Positions 1-8,237 of a DNA stretch of 64,000 nucleotides are shown in pieces. Position 1 is the first letter of the stretch. Every line of letters starts with the position of its first letter. Location: the IMG/VR virus record IMGVR_UViG_3300010340_001122. The stretch is one strand, 5' to 3'. The stretch comes from a virus (Duplodnaviria > Caudoviricetes). The notes below the pieces were generated by a model that had not been told where the DNA came from, ran no database searches, and saw only the letters and a program-made list of their open reading frames with translations. The translations under genes were made by a program, and so were the position numbers.

Positions 1-1005
1 TGGTTTGCCAAATGTCATGACTGATACAAGTTCATTATTATGATATAATCCTAAATTTATACTTGACTTTATTGAACCCTGTAAATGATTATTAGTTAAA
101 AATTCATTAGTTTCTTTAAAATTTATTTCTTTGATATGACATTTTCTAGCATAAATTTTAATTTTATTTAAATGTAATAAATTTTTAATCCTACTTTTTA
201 CAATTTCTTGTTTATTTATCCATTCATCTTCATATATTTGAATTAATACTATATTATTCTTACATGACTTTTTATATTTAGAGTAATGATAATCTTTTTT
301 TTTATTTATTTCAGAATGCCAATAGAGACCATTATATTCAAATCCTAAATTTAAATCCGGTATAAATATATCAATTTCGGTTCCTATTAATTTTCTATCA
401 TTATAAATTATTTTTCCTGTATAAATACTTTTAATAAAATTTCTAACATCAATTTCACCATTTGAGACACTAAATGAATAGCTTACACAGCTTCTCCAAT
501 CTAAACCAAGATATATTCTTTGTTCTATAACTTTTCTTTCAATTTTGTGTGTTTTTTCACATAAATCACATATAATTTCATACACATCATCTTCTGTTGT
601 GTTTATTAGCTTCGCATCTCCTATTATTTTTATTAAATCATTAATTCTTTTATTTTTACGATTTTTAATATTTTTTGGTATTAGTGATGGATGATAAACA
701 CCATATTCTTTGAATAATGTTTCTTTAGCTAAATTTTTTGATCCAGATGAACCACAAGAATTTGAACAATATTTTTGATATCCAATTGTTTTATTTTTAT
801 ATTTTACTTTTTTACCACAATTTGGACAATTTGGAGTTTCATTTATATTAAATCTTAATTTATAAGCTTTCTCACTAATAGTATCTCCATCATTTTTTAA
901 TATTTCCTCATATATATTCAAAGCATTATTTAATAACCATTTCTCAGTTGTGTATATACCTGATACATTATTATCATATAGTTCAAAATATTTTTCTATT
1001 CTCAT
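1..1005 (-). CDS. Hef-like/PD-(D/E)XK homing-endonuclease-like protein (partial, runs off window start)
   Basis: Not in ORF track. Manual translation from ATG at 1005: MRIEKYFELY...CPNCGKKVKY...YCSNSC...EIDIYIPDLNLGFEYNGLYWHSE...IQIYEDEW...NHLQG; Zn-ribbon plus DIY..EYNGxYWH nuclease motif. Confidence 0.75.
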   Translation of the reverse strand, partial: MRIEKYFELYDNNVSGIYTTEKWLLNNALNIYEEILKNDGDTISEKAYKLRFNINETPNCPNCGKKVKYKNKTIGYQKYCSNSCGSSGSKNLAKETLFKEYGVYHPSLIPKNIKNRKNKRINDLIKIIGDAKLINTTEDDVYEIICDLCEKTHKIERKVIEQRIYLGLDWRSCVSYSFSVSNGEIDVRNFIKSIYTGKIIYNDRKLIGTEIDIFIPDLNLGFEYNGLYWHSEINKKKDYHYSKYKKSCKNNIVLIQIYEDEWINKQEIVKSRIKNLLHLNKIKIYARKCHIKEINFKETNEFLTNNHLQGSIKSSINLGLYHNNELVSVMTFGKP

Positions 1006-1081
1006 TAATATATTATATATTGAATTAATATTTGGTTTTTTCCCCACACTATATTTAATAATTAAAAATAATATATACCTT

Positions 1082-1480
1082 ATGAAAATAAAAAGATATT
1101 GTAATTTTTATGAGTCGAAATCTGATAAATTTCCAAATATAAAAACTGTAATTATAGATGATTTTACTATTATGATAGGAAAAGATGCTTTGTCTAATGA
1201 TTATTTAACGACAAAGATGGCTAATGATGAGGACCTTTGGTTTCATGCTGCTGGTGTCCCTGGTAGTCATATAGTTATAAGGATTAAAGATAAGTTGCCT
1301 TCTCCAGAATTAATAAAGGAGGTTTCTAAACTAGCTGTTAAAAATTCAAAGGCACCAAAGGGAAATAAAGCTAAAGTAGTCTATTGTAAAGCTAAATTTG
1401 TTAAAAAATCATCTGATATGAAGCCCGGTCAAGTAATTGTTGATTATAAAAACTCGGAAGAAGTCATAGTTGAAAATTAA
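1082..1480 (+). CDS. Stand-alone NFACT-R (DUF814, RqcH/FbpA C-terminal RNA-binding) domain protein
   Basis: IGKDAxxNDYLT...DLWFHAxGVPGSHIVI...LAVKNSKA...VxYCKxKFVKK...PGQV pattern; ATG 1082 follows a TAATATATA motif (track start at 950 overlaps the opposite gene). Confidence 0.85.
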   Translation: MKIKRYCNFYESKSDKFPNIKTVIIDDFTIMIGKDALSNDYLTTKMANDEDLWFHAAGVPGSHIVIRIKDKLPSPELIKEVSKLAVKNSKAPKGNKAKVVYCKAKFVKKSSDMKPGQVIVDYKNSEEVIVEN

Positions 1481-1504
1481 TATATAAAAAAACTAAATAA
1501 AGTT

Positions 1505-2863
1505 ATGAATAAAACACTTTATGTGAAATTTACTGATAAGTTATACGACATAATTGATGATATAAGTGGTCCTATCTCTGAGGCTCTTATGAGAATGGAA
1601 GGTGACTATCTATTAAAAAATGAACTAGGAATTGGATTAGTTGATGTGTCAAAGTCTGATTGGAATTTTGATGTTACTATTGATGGTAAGGTTCAAAGAA
1701 TGAAAATTGGTAAATATATTAGATATTTTTTTACTGATGACGATGGTTCTTGTGTATTTAATAATAAACAAATATTTGATTTTGGTCAAAGTTACAATAA
1801 TTTAAAAAATGGAAAACCATTGCCAATTACTAATGATAAATCATCCTATAAAAAAGTTGAAGTAACACAATTTAGTTTTAATCCTAAAGATGTTAGATCT
1901 ACATTTCTATCATTAACGACAATGACTTACCCACATGGACATGAGGAAGAAGTTATGAAGTTTATGCCAAGTGGTTTAGAAAAAGATGAATTTGGTAATT
2001 ATTATAAAATAATTGGAAAATCTGAAACGATGTTTACTTCACATTTAGATACTGCTGATAGAAAGCAGTCTAAAGTATCTATTTATAGTGTTGATAAGGA
2101 CGGAGATGAGATGTTTGTAACTGATGGAACATCCATACTTGGTGCTGATGATAAATCTGGTGTTTCAGTTATGTTATATATGATGGCTCATAATATTCCG
2201 GGTATTTATTACTTTTTTATTGGTGAGGAAAGAGGTGGTATTGGTTCTAATAAAGTTGCTGGTATATTTGAAAGTGTTGTACATTTAAAAGGTGTTAAAA
2301 GATGTGTTTCTTTTGATAGAAGAAATTATTTTTCAATTATAACATCACAATTAGGTAGACAATGTTGTTCAAATGAGTTTGCGACCGCGCTAGCTGGTGA
2401 GTTAAATAAATCAGGATTAAAAATATCTTTGGATCCAACTGGAGTTTATACCGATTCAGCTTCTTTTATAGATGAGATTCCTGAATGTACTAATGTTTCT
2501 GTTGGTTATTTTTCTGAGCATACAGTTAATGAGAGTCAAAACATATCATATCTAACTAGATTAGCTGAGGCTTGTTTGAAGGTAGATTGGGAGAAATTAC
2601 CAACTGTTAAAAAGGTTGGATTTGATGAGGAGATTCTTAGAAAGTATAAGAATTTTATATCAGATTTTAAATCTACGGTATTTACTTTAGAGACTAGAAT
2701 GGTTAGTGAGTATGGAACTGCTTATATAAAAATGGATATAGATGATCCTGATGCTACAAACGTTTATGAAGATTTACAAATGATGAATCTGTTGTTAGAT
2801 AAATATAAAATAGATCCTGATGTTTATTTTGATGATCAATTTATAAAAATAGAATTAAAATAA
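1505..2863 (+). CDS. M28/M20-like zinc peptidase with N-terminal accessory module
   Basis: SHLDT, GADDKSG, GEERG, SFDRR, YTDS and NVSVGYFSEH metal-binding motifs. Confidence 0.8.
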   Translation: MNKTLYVKFTDKLYDIIDDISGPISEALMRMEGDYLLKNELGIGLVDVSKSDWNFDVTIDGKVQRMKIGKYIRYFFTDDDGSCVFNNKQIFDFGQSYNNLKNGKPLPITNDKSSYKKVEVTQFSFNPKDVRSTFLSLTTMTYPHGHEEEVMKFMPSGLEKDEFGNYYKIIGKSETMFTSHLDTADRKQSKVSIYSVDKDGDEMFVTDGTSILGADDKSGVSVMLYMMAHNIPGIYYFFIGEERGGIGSNKVAGIFESVVHLKGVKRCVSFDRRNYFSIITSQLGRQCCSNEFATALAGELNKSGLKISLDPTGVYTDSASFIDEIPECTNVSVGYFSEHTVNESQNISYLTRLAEACLKVDWEKLPTVKKVGFDEEILRKYKNFISDFKSTVFTLETRMVSEYGTAYIKMDIDDPDATNVYEDLQMMNLLLDKYKIDPDVYFDDQFIKIELK

Positions 2864-3279
2864 TGATTTTAAAAAACATAAAACTAGAAACACTCAAAGT
2901 AATTAAAGAAGAGCTTGAATACTTTGAAGATGAATATTATGAAGAAGATGATTTTAATACGAAGGATTCTTATGAAGAAGAAGAAGATGAAGATGAGGAA
3001 GACCACCTTTGTTATCTAATTAGAACATTTCTGAATGGTAATGGTATAACATCTAGTGTTGAAAGATCAGATTTAGATATATCTGTTTATGTTTTTCTTC
3101 AAAGAAAAGAAAAATTTAAAAATATTGTTAAAGCATTCGATGTTGTTATTAATAAGATGAAAAGGGATATCCTACCACAATATGAGTTGGAGGTTGAACT
3201 ATATGAAAGTAAACAAGGTATACCTATTTTATCTTTTTCATTTTTTTACGGTGCTAAAGATGATAGTTCTCCTTTTTAA
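2863..3279 (+). CDS. Acidic hypothetical protein
   Basis: 138-aa ORF coupled by TAATG overlap. Confidence 0.7.
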   Translation: MILKNIKLETLKVIKEELEYFEDEYYEEDDFNTKDSYEEEEDEDEEDHLCYLIRTFLNGNGITSSVERSDLDISVYVFLQRKEKFKNIVKAFDVVINKMKRDILPQYELEVELYESKQGIPILSFSFFYGAKDDSSPF

Positions 3280-3295
3280 AAAAGAAAATAAACTA

Positions 3296-3327
3296 TTTGG
3301 TAGTTTAATATATAAAATGTATATTTG
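3296..3327 (+). promoter_or_regulatory. Bacteroidota-type sigma70 promoter (TTTG-N20-TAnnTTTG) for tmRNA
   Basis: TTTG 3296-3299, 20-nt spacer, TATATTTG 3320-3327, ending 13 nt before the tmRNA 5' end. Confidence 0.7.
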
Positions 3328-3340
3328 TAATATCAAATCT

Positions 3341-3704
3341 GGGGATGATATGAATTGATTCGCAGGGTAATGATGGTTAAGCAAGCATCGGTTTGGTAAA
3401 GTCCGATTAAAATAAATTATCAAAATCGTAAACGGAAACGTTACAGAAGTAGGAACCAGTGAAGATTTAGTAGCTGCTCTACAAAACAACTTGCTCACTG
3501 TGAATGAGCTTGAAGTAGCTTAATTGATACTTTCACAAAATTCACACTGAATCACAACAGTATAAATAGTGATAGTTTTTTGTTAGAGTGTTTTTGAGTC
3601 GAAACAACTATCTATTTTGTGAGTTAAAGAAAAACTTTCTAAGCTTGTGAACGATTGATCGTTTTTAACTGAGGAAGACTCCGGTTCGTTACCGGACATC
3701 TCCA
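3341..3704 (+). ncRNA. ssrA: tmRNA (transfer-messenger RNA)
   Basis: 5' GGGGATG pairs with CATCTCC (3697-3703) including the G3:U alanine determinant; discriminator A3704 (CCA not encoded); T-arm TCCGG-TTCGTTA-CCGGA; internal tag frame 3434-3523 ending GTA GCT TAA. Confidence 0.95.
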
Positions 3705-3736
3705 CTGAACCACTCCAAAGATAGTATCTTTGGACC

Positions 3737-3770
3737 AACACCAACTCAAAAGGTTGGTGTTTCTTTTTTT
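3737..3770 (+). terminator. Intrinsic terminator after tmRNA
   Basis: AACACCAAC-tcaaaag-GTTGGTGTT then T-tract; a second hairpin TCCAAAGAT-agt-ATCTTTGGA lies at 3714-3734. Confidence 0.75.
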
Positions 3771-3808
3771 AATATATCTTAATTACTTTATCTGACTTAT
3801 TATAGATG

Positions 3809-4525
3809 TTAATTGGTGGTGTAATCAATTTTATCCTTTTTGATATCTCTATTTACTCTACTACATAGAGGCTGTAGATTCGTGTAATGGTTTAGCTTTA
3901 TGATTTCTTCTTCGTTTTTTGCTGATGATAGTGGTATAATGTGGTCAATATCCCAACCGTAATTTAACTCACCATTATATAGTCCTTTGTTATCCCAGCT
4001 CATCCAATTCTCAAATTTTGATTCTATATAAATTTTAAAATATTCAAATGAACAACCTAATATATCTTGTGTTTTTGATGTTTTTGAATGACCTTTATTT
4101 TTAATTGATGTGTAAATGATATTTCTAATATTTAAAGTAAATTTAAATAAATAATCAATCTCTTTTCTATTTTTGTGATAAATTGATTTTTTTTCTTTAT
4201 TTTTACTTCTATATTCTTTTTCATATTCTTTTTTAGCATCAATATTCATAATTCTATACTCCTTTTGGTATTTTATTATTTTATCTTTCTTATCCTTATA
4301 ATATTCTAAATGATACTTTTTGCTTCTCTCTTTAATTTTATCTTTATTTTCCTCTAAGTATAATTCTATTTTATCTTTATTTTTTAGATAATATATTTTT
4401 CTTTTTTCTTTATTTTTAAGAAATAAACATTCTTTACAAAAATTAAGATAACCATCTTTCATTTTAATATTTTTATTAAACTCACTAAATTCTTTATTAG
4501 TTTTACAACCTTTACATAATTTCAT
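3809..4525 (-). CDS. HNH homing-endonuclease-like protein
   Basis: N-terminal CxxC..CxxC, K/E/Y-rich linker, WDIDHIIPL...NHYTNLQPLCSRVNRDIK HNH core. Confidence 0.8.
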   Translation of the reverse strand: MKLCKGCKTNKEFSEFNKNIKMKDGYLNFCKECLFLKNKEKRKIYYLKNKDKIELYLEENKDKIKERSKKYHLEYYKDKKDKIIKYQKEYRIMNIDAKKEYEKEYRSKNKEKKSIYHKNRKEIDYLFKFTLNIRNIIYTSIKNKGHSKTSKTQDILGCSFEYFKIYIESKFENWMSWDNKGLYNGELNYGWDIDHIIPLSSAKNEEEIIKLNHYTNLQPLCSRVNRDIKKDKIDYTTN

Positions 4526-4555
4526 AATATATATATTAAAAATAGAACCTTCCTT

Positions 4556-4732
4556 ATGGGTGAAGTTAGAAAAAAGTATAATTCTGATAAAATTTCAAAA
4601 AAGAAGTATAATTCTGATAAAACTTTTATTCAGATATCAAAAGACTTACATCAACAAGTTAAAGTATATTGTGATTTGAGTAACATATCTATTCGTGAAT
4701 TTTTAGAAAAAATAATTAAAGAAAGTTTATGA
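4556..4732 (+). CDS. Small ribbon-helix-helix-like DNA-binding protein (58 aa)
   Basis: Not in track. MGEVRKKYNSDKISKKKYNSDKTFIQISKDLHQQVKVYCDLSNISIREFLEKIIKESL; RHH-like beta-strand/helix/helix pattern; ATGA overlap with next gene. Confidence 0.55.
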   Translation: MGEVRKKYNSDKISKKKYNSDKTFIQISKDLHQQVKVYCDLSNISIREFLEKIIKESL

Positions 4733-5235
4733 TTGATAAATTTGATGGTCGGTATAATTTTCTCTCAAATTTCTACCCTGCTAAGATAGAACATCAGGGT
4801 ATTACTTACCCAACTTTGGAACACTACTACGTATCTATGAAGGTTAAAAACGATCAACAAATAGATGGTAAGTATATCACTATGATCGATTGTAGGGAAC
4901 TCATTGCCAAAATGCCTGATCCGGCAAAGGTTAAACAATTTGGTAAGATAATTAAAGTTAGAAAAGACTGGGATGATGTTAAATTGGATGTTATGTTATG
5001 GGGAATTCGTGAGAAATTTAAACATCAAGACTTAAAAGAAATGTTATTAGCGACTGATGATGAAGAATTGGTTGAAGGCAATTATTGGCACGATAATTTT
5101 TTTGGAGTATGTACTTGTGGTCCTTGTTACGGTCAGGGTCAAAATAATCTCGGTAAGATTTTAATGAAAGTTCGAATGGAATTGGGACAACAAAATGATA
5201 AGCCTTCACTAGAAGATATACTTTTTAAAAAATAA
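4729..5235 (+). CDS. NADAR (YbiA-like) family protein
   Basis: FLSNFY...YPTLEHYY...RKDWDDVKLDVM...KF...LLAT...LVEGNYWHDNFFG...GQNNLGKILMKVR. Confidence 0.9.
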   Translation: MIDKFDGRYNFLSNFYPAKIEHQGITYPTLEHYYVSMKVKNDQQIDGKYITMIDCRELIAKMPDPAKVKQFGKIIKVRKDWDDVKLDVMLWGIREKFKHQDLKEMLLATDDEELVEGNYWHDNFFGVCTCGPCYGQGQNNLGKILMKVRMELGQQNDKPSLEDILFKK

Positions 5236-5247
5236 ATAGAAAATAAT

Positions 5248-6195
5248 ATGTCAATTATAAGTTATTTTGGAGGCAAGAGTTCTTCAATATTTCAAGATTT
5301 AATTAATAAAAGAATTCCCAAAACAGGAATAAAAACCTATATAGAACCATTCTCAGGAGCTATGGGAACGTATATGGACGATGATTCTCTTAAATTTGAA
5401 CAAGTTGTCTATAATGATAAAAATAGACATCAGGTGAATCTATATAAGTGTTGTTCAGATCCTGAAAAGTTTATTACATATTTAGAAAATTTATCCAAAC
5501 CATTTAATATTCTTTATACAGAGTTAAAAACACCACTAGAAAAATGGGATTTTTATAAAGGTGTATATAGGGAATATATCAAGAATAGTTTTCTTGATGA
5601 TATGAATTTTGAAATAGGTAACTTTGAAAAGGCGGCTATATATGCGTTCTTGATCACATCTGCCCATAATTCTGTTTACCCTCGCGGCGCTGGATTTAAT
5701 GGGTATAAGAAAGATAAAGATCGTTTAAAATTAGAGGTTTTAATTAAAAAGTTAAAAAATAATACTTATACAAGTAAATTACACTCAATTACTGAATTTT
5801 ATAACATCGATTTTGAGGAATTAATTTTAAAATATGATTCAGATGATACTTATCTTTATTTAGATCCACCATACGCTCGATTTAATGAGTCAAAGGGTGA
5901 AGATGATGCCAAAAGATTATTTTGGTATGGTTCGGATGGTGATGGTGTATTTGGTCCAGCCTCACATAGAAGATTATTAGAATTAATAAAAACTACAAAA
6001 TGTCGATGGTCTCTTTCATATTACTATTTTCCATTATTAGAGGAACTTTTACCAAGAGATAAATATCGTTGGATTGAAAAGGAAGTATTTAGAAGCTCTG
6101 CTCAGGGTGGTAACAATGCGGATATTAAAAAGGAGCAATCTAAAGGTGTTGAGCTACTTATCATGAATTATGACGAAAACGGAATTAAATTTTAA
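5248..6195 (+). CDS. D12-class (Dam-like) DNA adenine methyltransferase
   Basis: SYFGGKS, YIEPFSGA, YND, YLDPPY and ELLIMNY motifs. Confidence 0.85.
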   Translation: MSIISYFGGKSSSIFQDLINKRIPKTGIKTYIEPFSGAMGTYMDDDSLKFEQVVYNDKNRHQVNLYKCCSDPEKFITYLENLSKPFNILYTELKTPLEKWDFYKGVYREYIKNSFLDDMNFEIGNFEKAAIYAFLITSAHNSVYPRGAGFNGYKKDKDRLKLEVLIKKLKNNTYTSKLHSITEFYNIDFEELILKYDSDDTYLYLDPPYARFNESKGEDDAKRLFWYGSDGDGVFGPASHRRLLELIKTTKCRWSLSYYYFPLLEELLPRDKYRWIEKEVFRSSAQGGNNADIKKEQSKGVELLIMNYDENGIKF

Positions 6196-6945
6196 ATGAA
6201 TATTGAAGAATTTTTTAAAAATGCTTTTAAAAAAGTAAATATTGATTTACCTTTTAAGCGATTAGAATCAGATATTTCAAACTATCAAAAATATAATTTG
6301 TATGTCAATTTACCACCAAAGGTGGTGGATTTCGAGGAAATGTATTATAACTTATTAAGAGAAAATATTGTTCGTGAGATTAATCAGTATGCTTTAAAAG
6401 TTATTATTGGTGATATAAAATCTAAGGGAAGTGTTAATTTTATTGACGTGATAGATATCAATGATAATACTAATTATAGCACAATTATCAGTATGTCAAG
6501 AAAAATTGTTAGTGAGATTAAAAATCTTAATTTACCTAATGTTATCACAAATGGTAGAATAGCTTCAGATTATCTTATGGATTCTCCAGGGTTTAATACA
6601 TATCCGATTAAAACTAGTTTAGATAGATTTAATACCTTTACAAAACATGGAAATCTTTTTGGCAGTATTGATGTTTATCTCGATTCATATATGAAATGGA
6701 ATGATGATTTCATTTTATCTTATGATGATGTCTATTATGATTTATCTGATATAAAAATCAATATTAAACAAGATCCTTCAATTACTCCAGTTCTTGAAGT
6801 TGAATTTATGATATATCATAATATTATTAATCCAAAGTTGACGTATATTGTAGAAAATGTAACTTCAACTGCCTATTCAAAATATAAATCTGAATTAAGA
6901 AATAAACGAATTGATAATATATTAGATGATGATAAAACACCTTAA
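6196..6945 (+). CDS. Truncated T4 gp23-like major-capsid-related protein
   Basis: ENIVREIN, VITNGRIAS and GNLFGSIDVYLDSY resemble gp23 TEIMLEINRE, FIIASRNV and GVLGGKYRVYIDQY (alignment from memory); only 249 aa. Confidence 0.5.
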   Translation: MNIEEFFKNAFKKVNIDLPFKRLESDISNYQKYNLYVNLPPKVVDFEEMYYNLLRENIVREINQYALKVIIGDIKSKGSVNFIDVIDINDNTNYSTIISMSRKIVSEIKNLNLPNVITNGRIASDYLMDSPGFNTYPIKTSLDRFNTFTKHGNLFGSIDVYLDSYMKWNDDFILSYDDVYYDLSDIKINIKQDPSITPVLEVEFMIYHNIINPKLTYIVENVTSTAYSKYKSELRNKRIDNILDDDKTP

Positions 6946-7303
6946 TCGAATTTATAAACTTGGATATGATATTGAGGTCGTTTGGAATAAACAGATTCAA
7001 ATAACATATGATTTCAATAGAATTTCAGGATTTGAAGAGTATGATCCAGTCTCTGTACTTATTTATGTACATGATTTCTGGAATGAATCTTTAAATTTTC
7101 AAAAGTGTTTAGAAGAAACTTGTGAGATATTTTATTCTTGGTATTCCGATAATCATAAGATGATATTAAAATATCTTGAGAATCCTCAAAAGAAATTCGA
7201 TCATTTCGCTTCAAGATCAAATATAGACAGTTTATCACTCGGTGATGTTAGTTCACAGGTGAATCGAGGAATGAGAATTGATGATATATTAGATGATTAT
7301 TGA
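6926..7303 (+). CDS. Hypothetical protein with C-terminal RxxRIxxIL tail
   Basis: 125-aa ORF ending RGMRIDDILDDY. Confidence 0.65.
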   Translation: MMIKHLNRIYKLGYDIEVVWNKQIQITYDFNRISGFEEYDPVSVLIYVHDFWNESLNFQKCLEETCEIFYSWYSDNHKMILKYLENPQKKFDHFASRSNIDSLSLGDVSSQVNRGMRIDDILDDY

Positions 7304-7566
7304 GCTTCATCAAGTGCGTCTTGAAGAACGTTTTGAAAAGCCATATATTGATCTGTATCTCCTTCATCATATATATCGGAGACTCCACTTTCAAAGTCTC
7401 TTATAGCATTTCTGAAATTATCGACTAATTTTCTATATTTTGAAGATTGTTTAAGTTCATCATATACATTATCATCGATAGTGGATTCATTTATTTTAGA
7501 TTCTTCTAATTCTTCTATAGCATCAATTTTGTCTTTAACCATATCTGGACTAAGATTCCAATCCAT
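7297..7566 (-). CDS. Hypothetical acidic protein
   Basis: 89-aa ORF with natural composition. Confidence 0.55.
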   Translation of the reverse strand: MDWNLSPDMVKDKIDAIEELEESKINESTIDDNVYDELKQSSKYRKLVDNFRNAIRDFESGVSDIYDEGDTDQYMAFQNVLQDALDEAQ

Positions 7567-7666
7567 TTTATGAGTTACTTTATTATACTTAATTCTTGGA
7601 TTTCCAATTAATTTTTGTCTTTCTGAATTAGGTTTACTATATATAAATATATTATATTTGTAAATT

Positions 7667-8125
7667 ATGAATCCTCACAAAAAATTAAGAGAGTTGGGTT
7701 TCAAGAAGACCAATTTTTATAAGCCAGGTAGTCATCCTGATACTTATGAATCTATGATGGTGCTTGATAATGAGGATACTAAATGGGAGTATAGAGATGG
7801 AAAAAGAGTTTCTGTTAAAGTTGAAAAAATACATCCTAAGTCTAGCTCATTTTGGATACTAAAGTATAGTGATAATTATATTTTGTGGTGTTTGGTTAAG
7901 AATCATCTTATAGATAAGATTTGGCTTGAGAATAAATCAGGTAAAAGTCTTGGAAATAGGAGAATACTATATTATGGTAGAAATATAGAGGATGAAAGAT
8001 TAAAACTTATATTTGATATCTCTAATCGTGATCATAATCCACTTGAAGGTAAGAATCAAATTATGAATATTTTACCTAAAGAGATTAAAAGAGATTTTTT
8101 ATTGGATCAACTATTTGGATTTTAA
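7667..8125 (+). CDS. Hypothetical protein
   Basis: 152-aa ORF starting 6 nt after TATATTTG (7653-7660). Confidence 0.7.
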   Translation: MNPHKKLRELGFKKTNFYKPGSHPDTYESMMVLDNEDTKWEYRDGKRVSVKVEKIHPKSSSFWILKYSDNYILWCLVKNHLIDKIWLENKSGKSLGNRRILYYGRNIEDERLKLIFDISNRDHNPLEGKNQIMNILPKEIKRDFLLDQLFGF

Positions 8126-8145
8126 TATATAAAACCATATATTTG
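8114..8145 (+). promoter_or_regulatory. Bacteroidota-type promoter for the release-factor transcript
   Basis: TTTG 8114-8117, 20-nt spacer, TATATTTG 8138-8145; same ctatttgg/tatatttgta contexts as the tmRNA promoter. Confidence 0.7.
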
Positions 8146-8237
8146 TATTATTATGAAACTATGACTACATAATTATTAGCGAAGTGAGTAAATTACTCAC
8201 AAACAATTTTATTGTCTAAAAATTAAAAAATAAAGTC

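Noticed and set aside
950-1081. N-terminal extension of the NFACT-R ORF given in the track
   Set aside because: Overlaps the divergent gene starting at 1005 and the promoter region; ATG 1082 is the better start
3238-3498. 86-aa minus-strand ORF
   Set aside because: Antisense shadow of the tmRNA and its promoter
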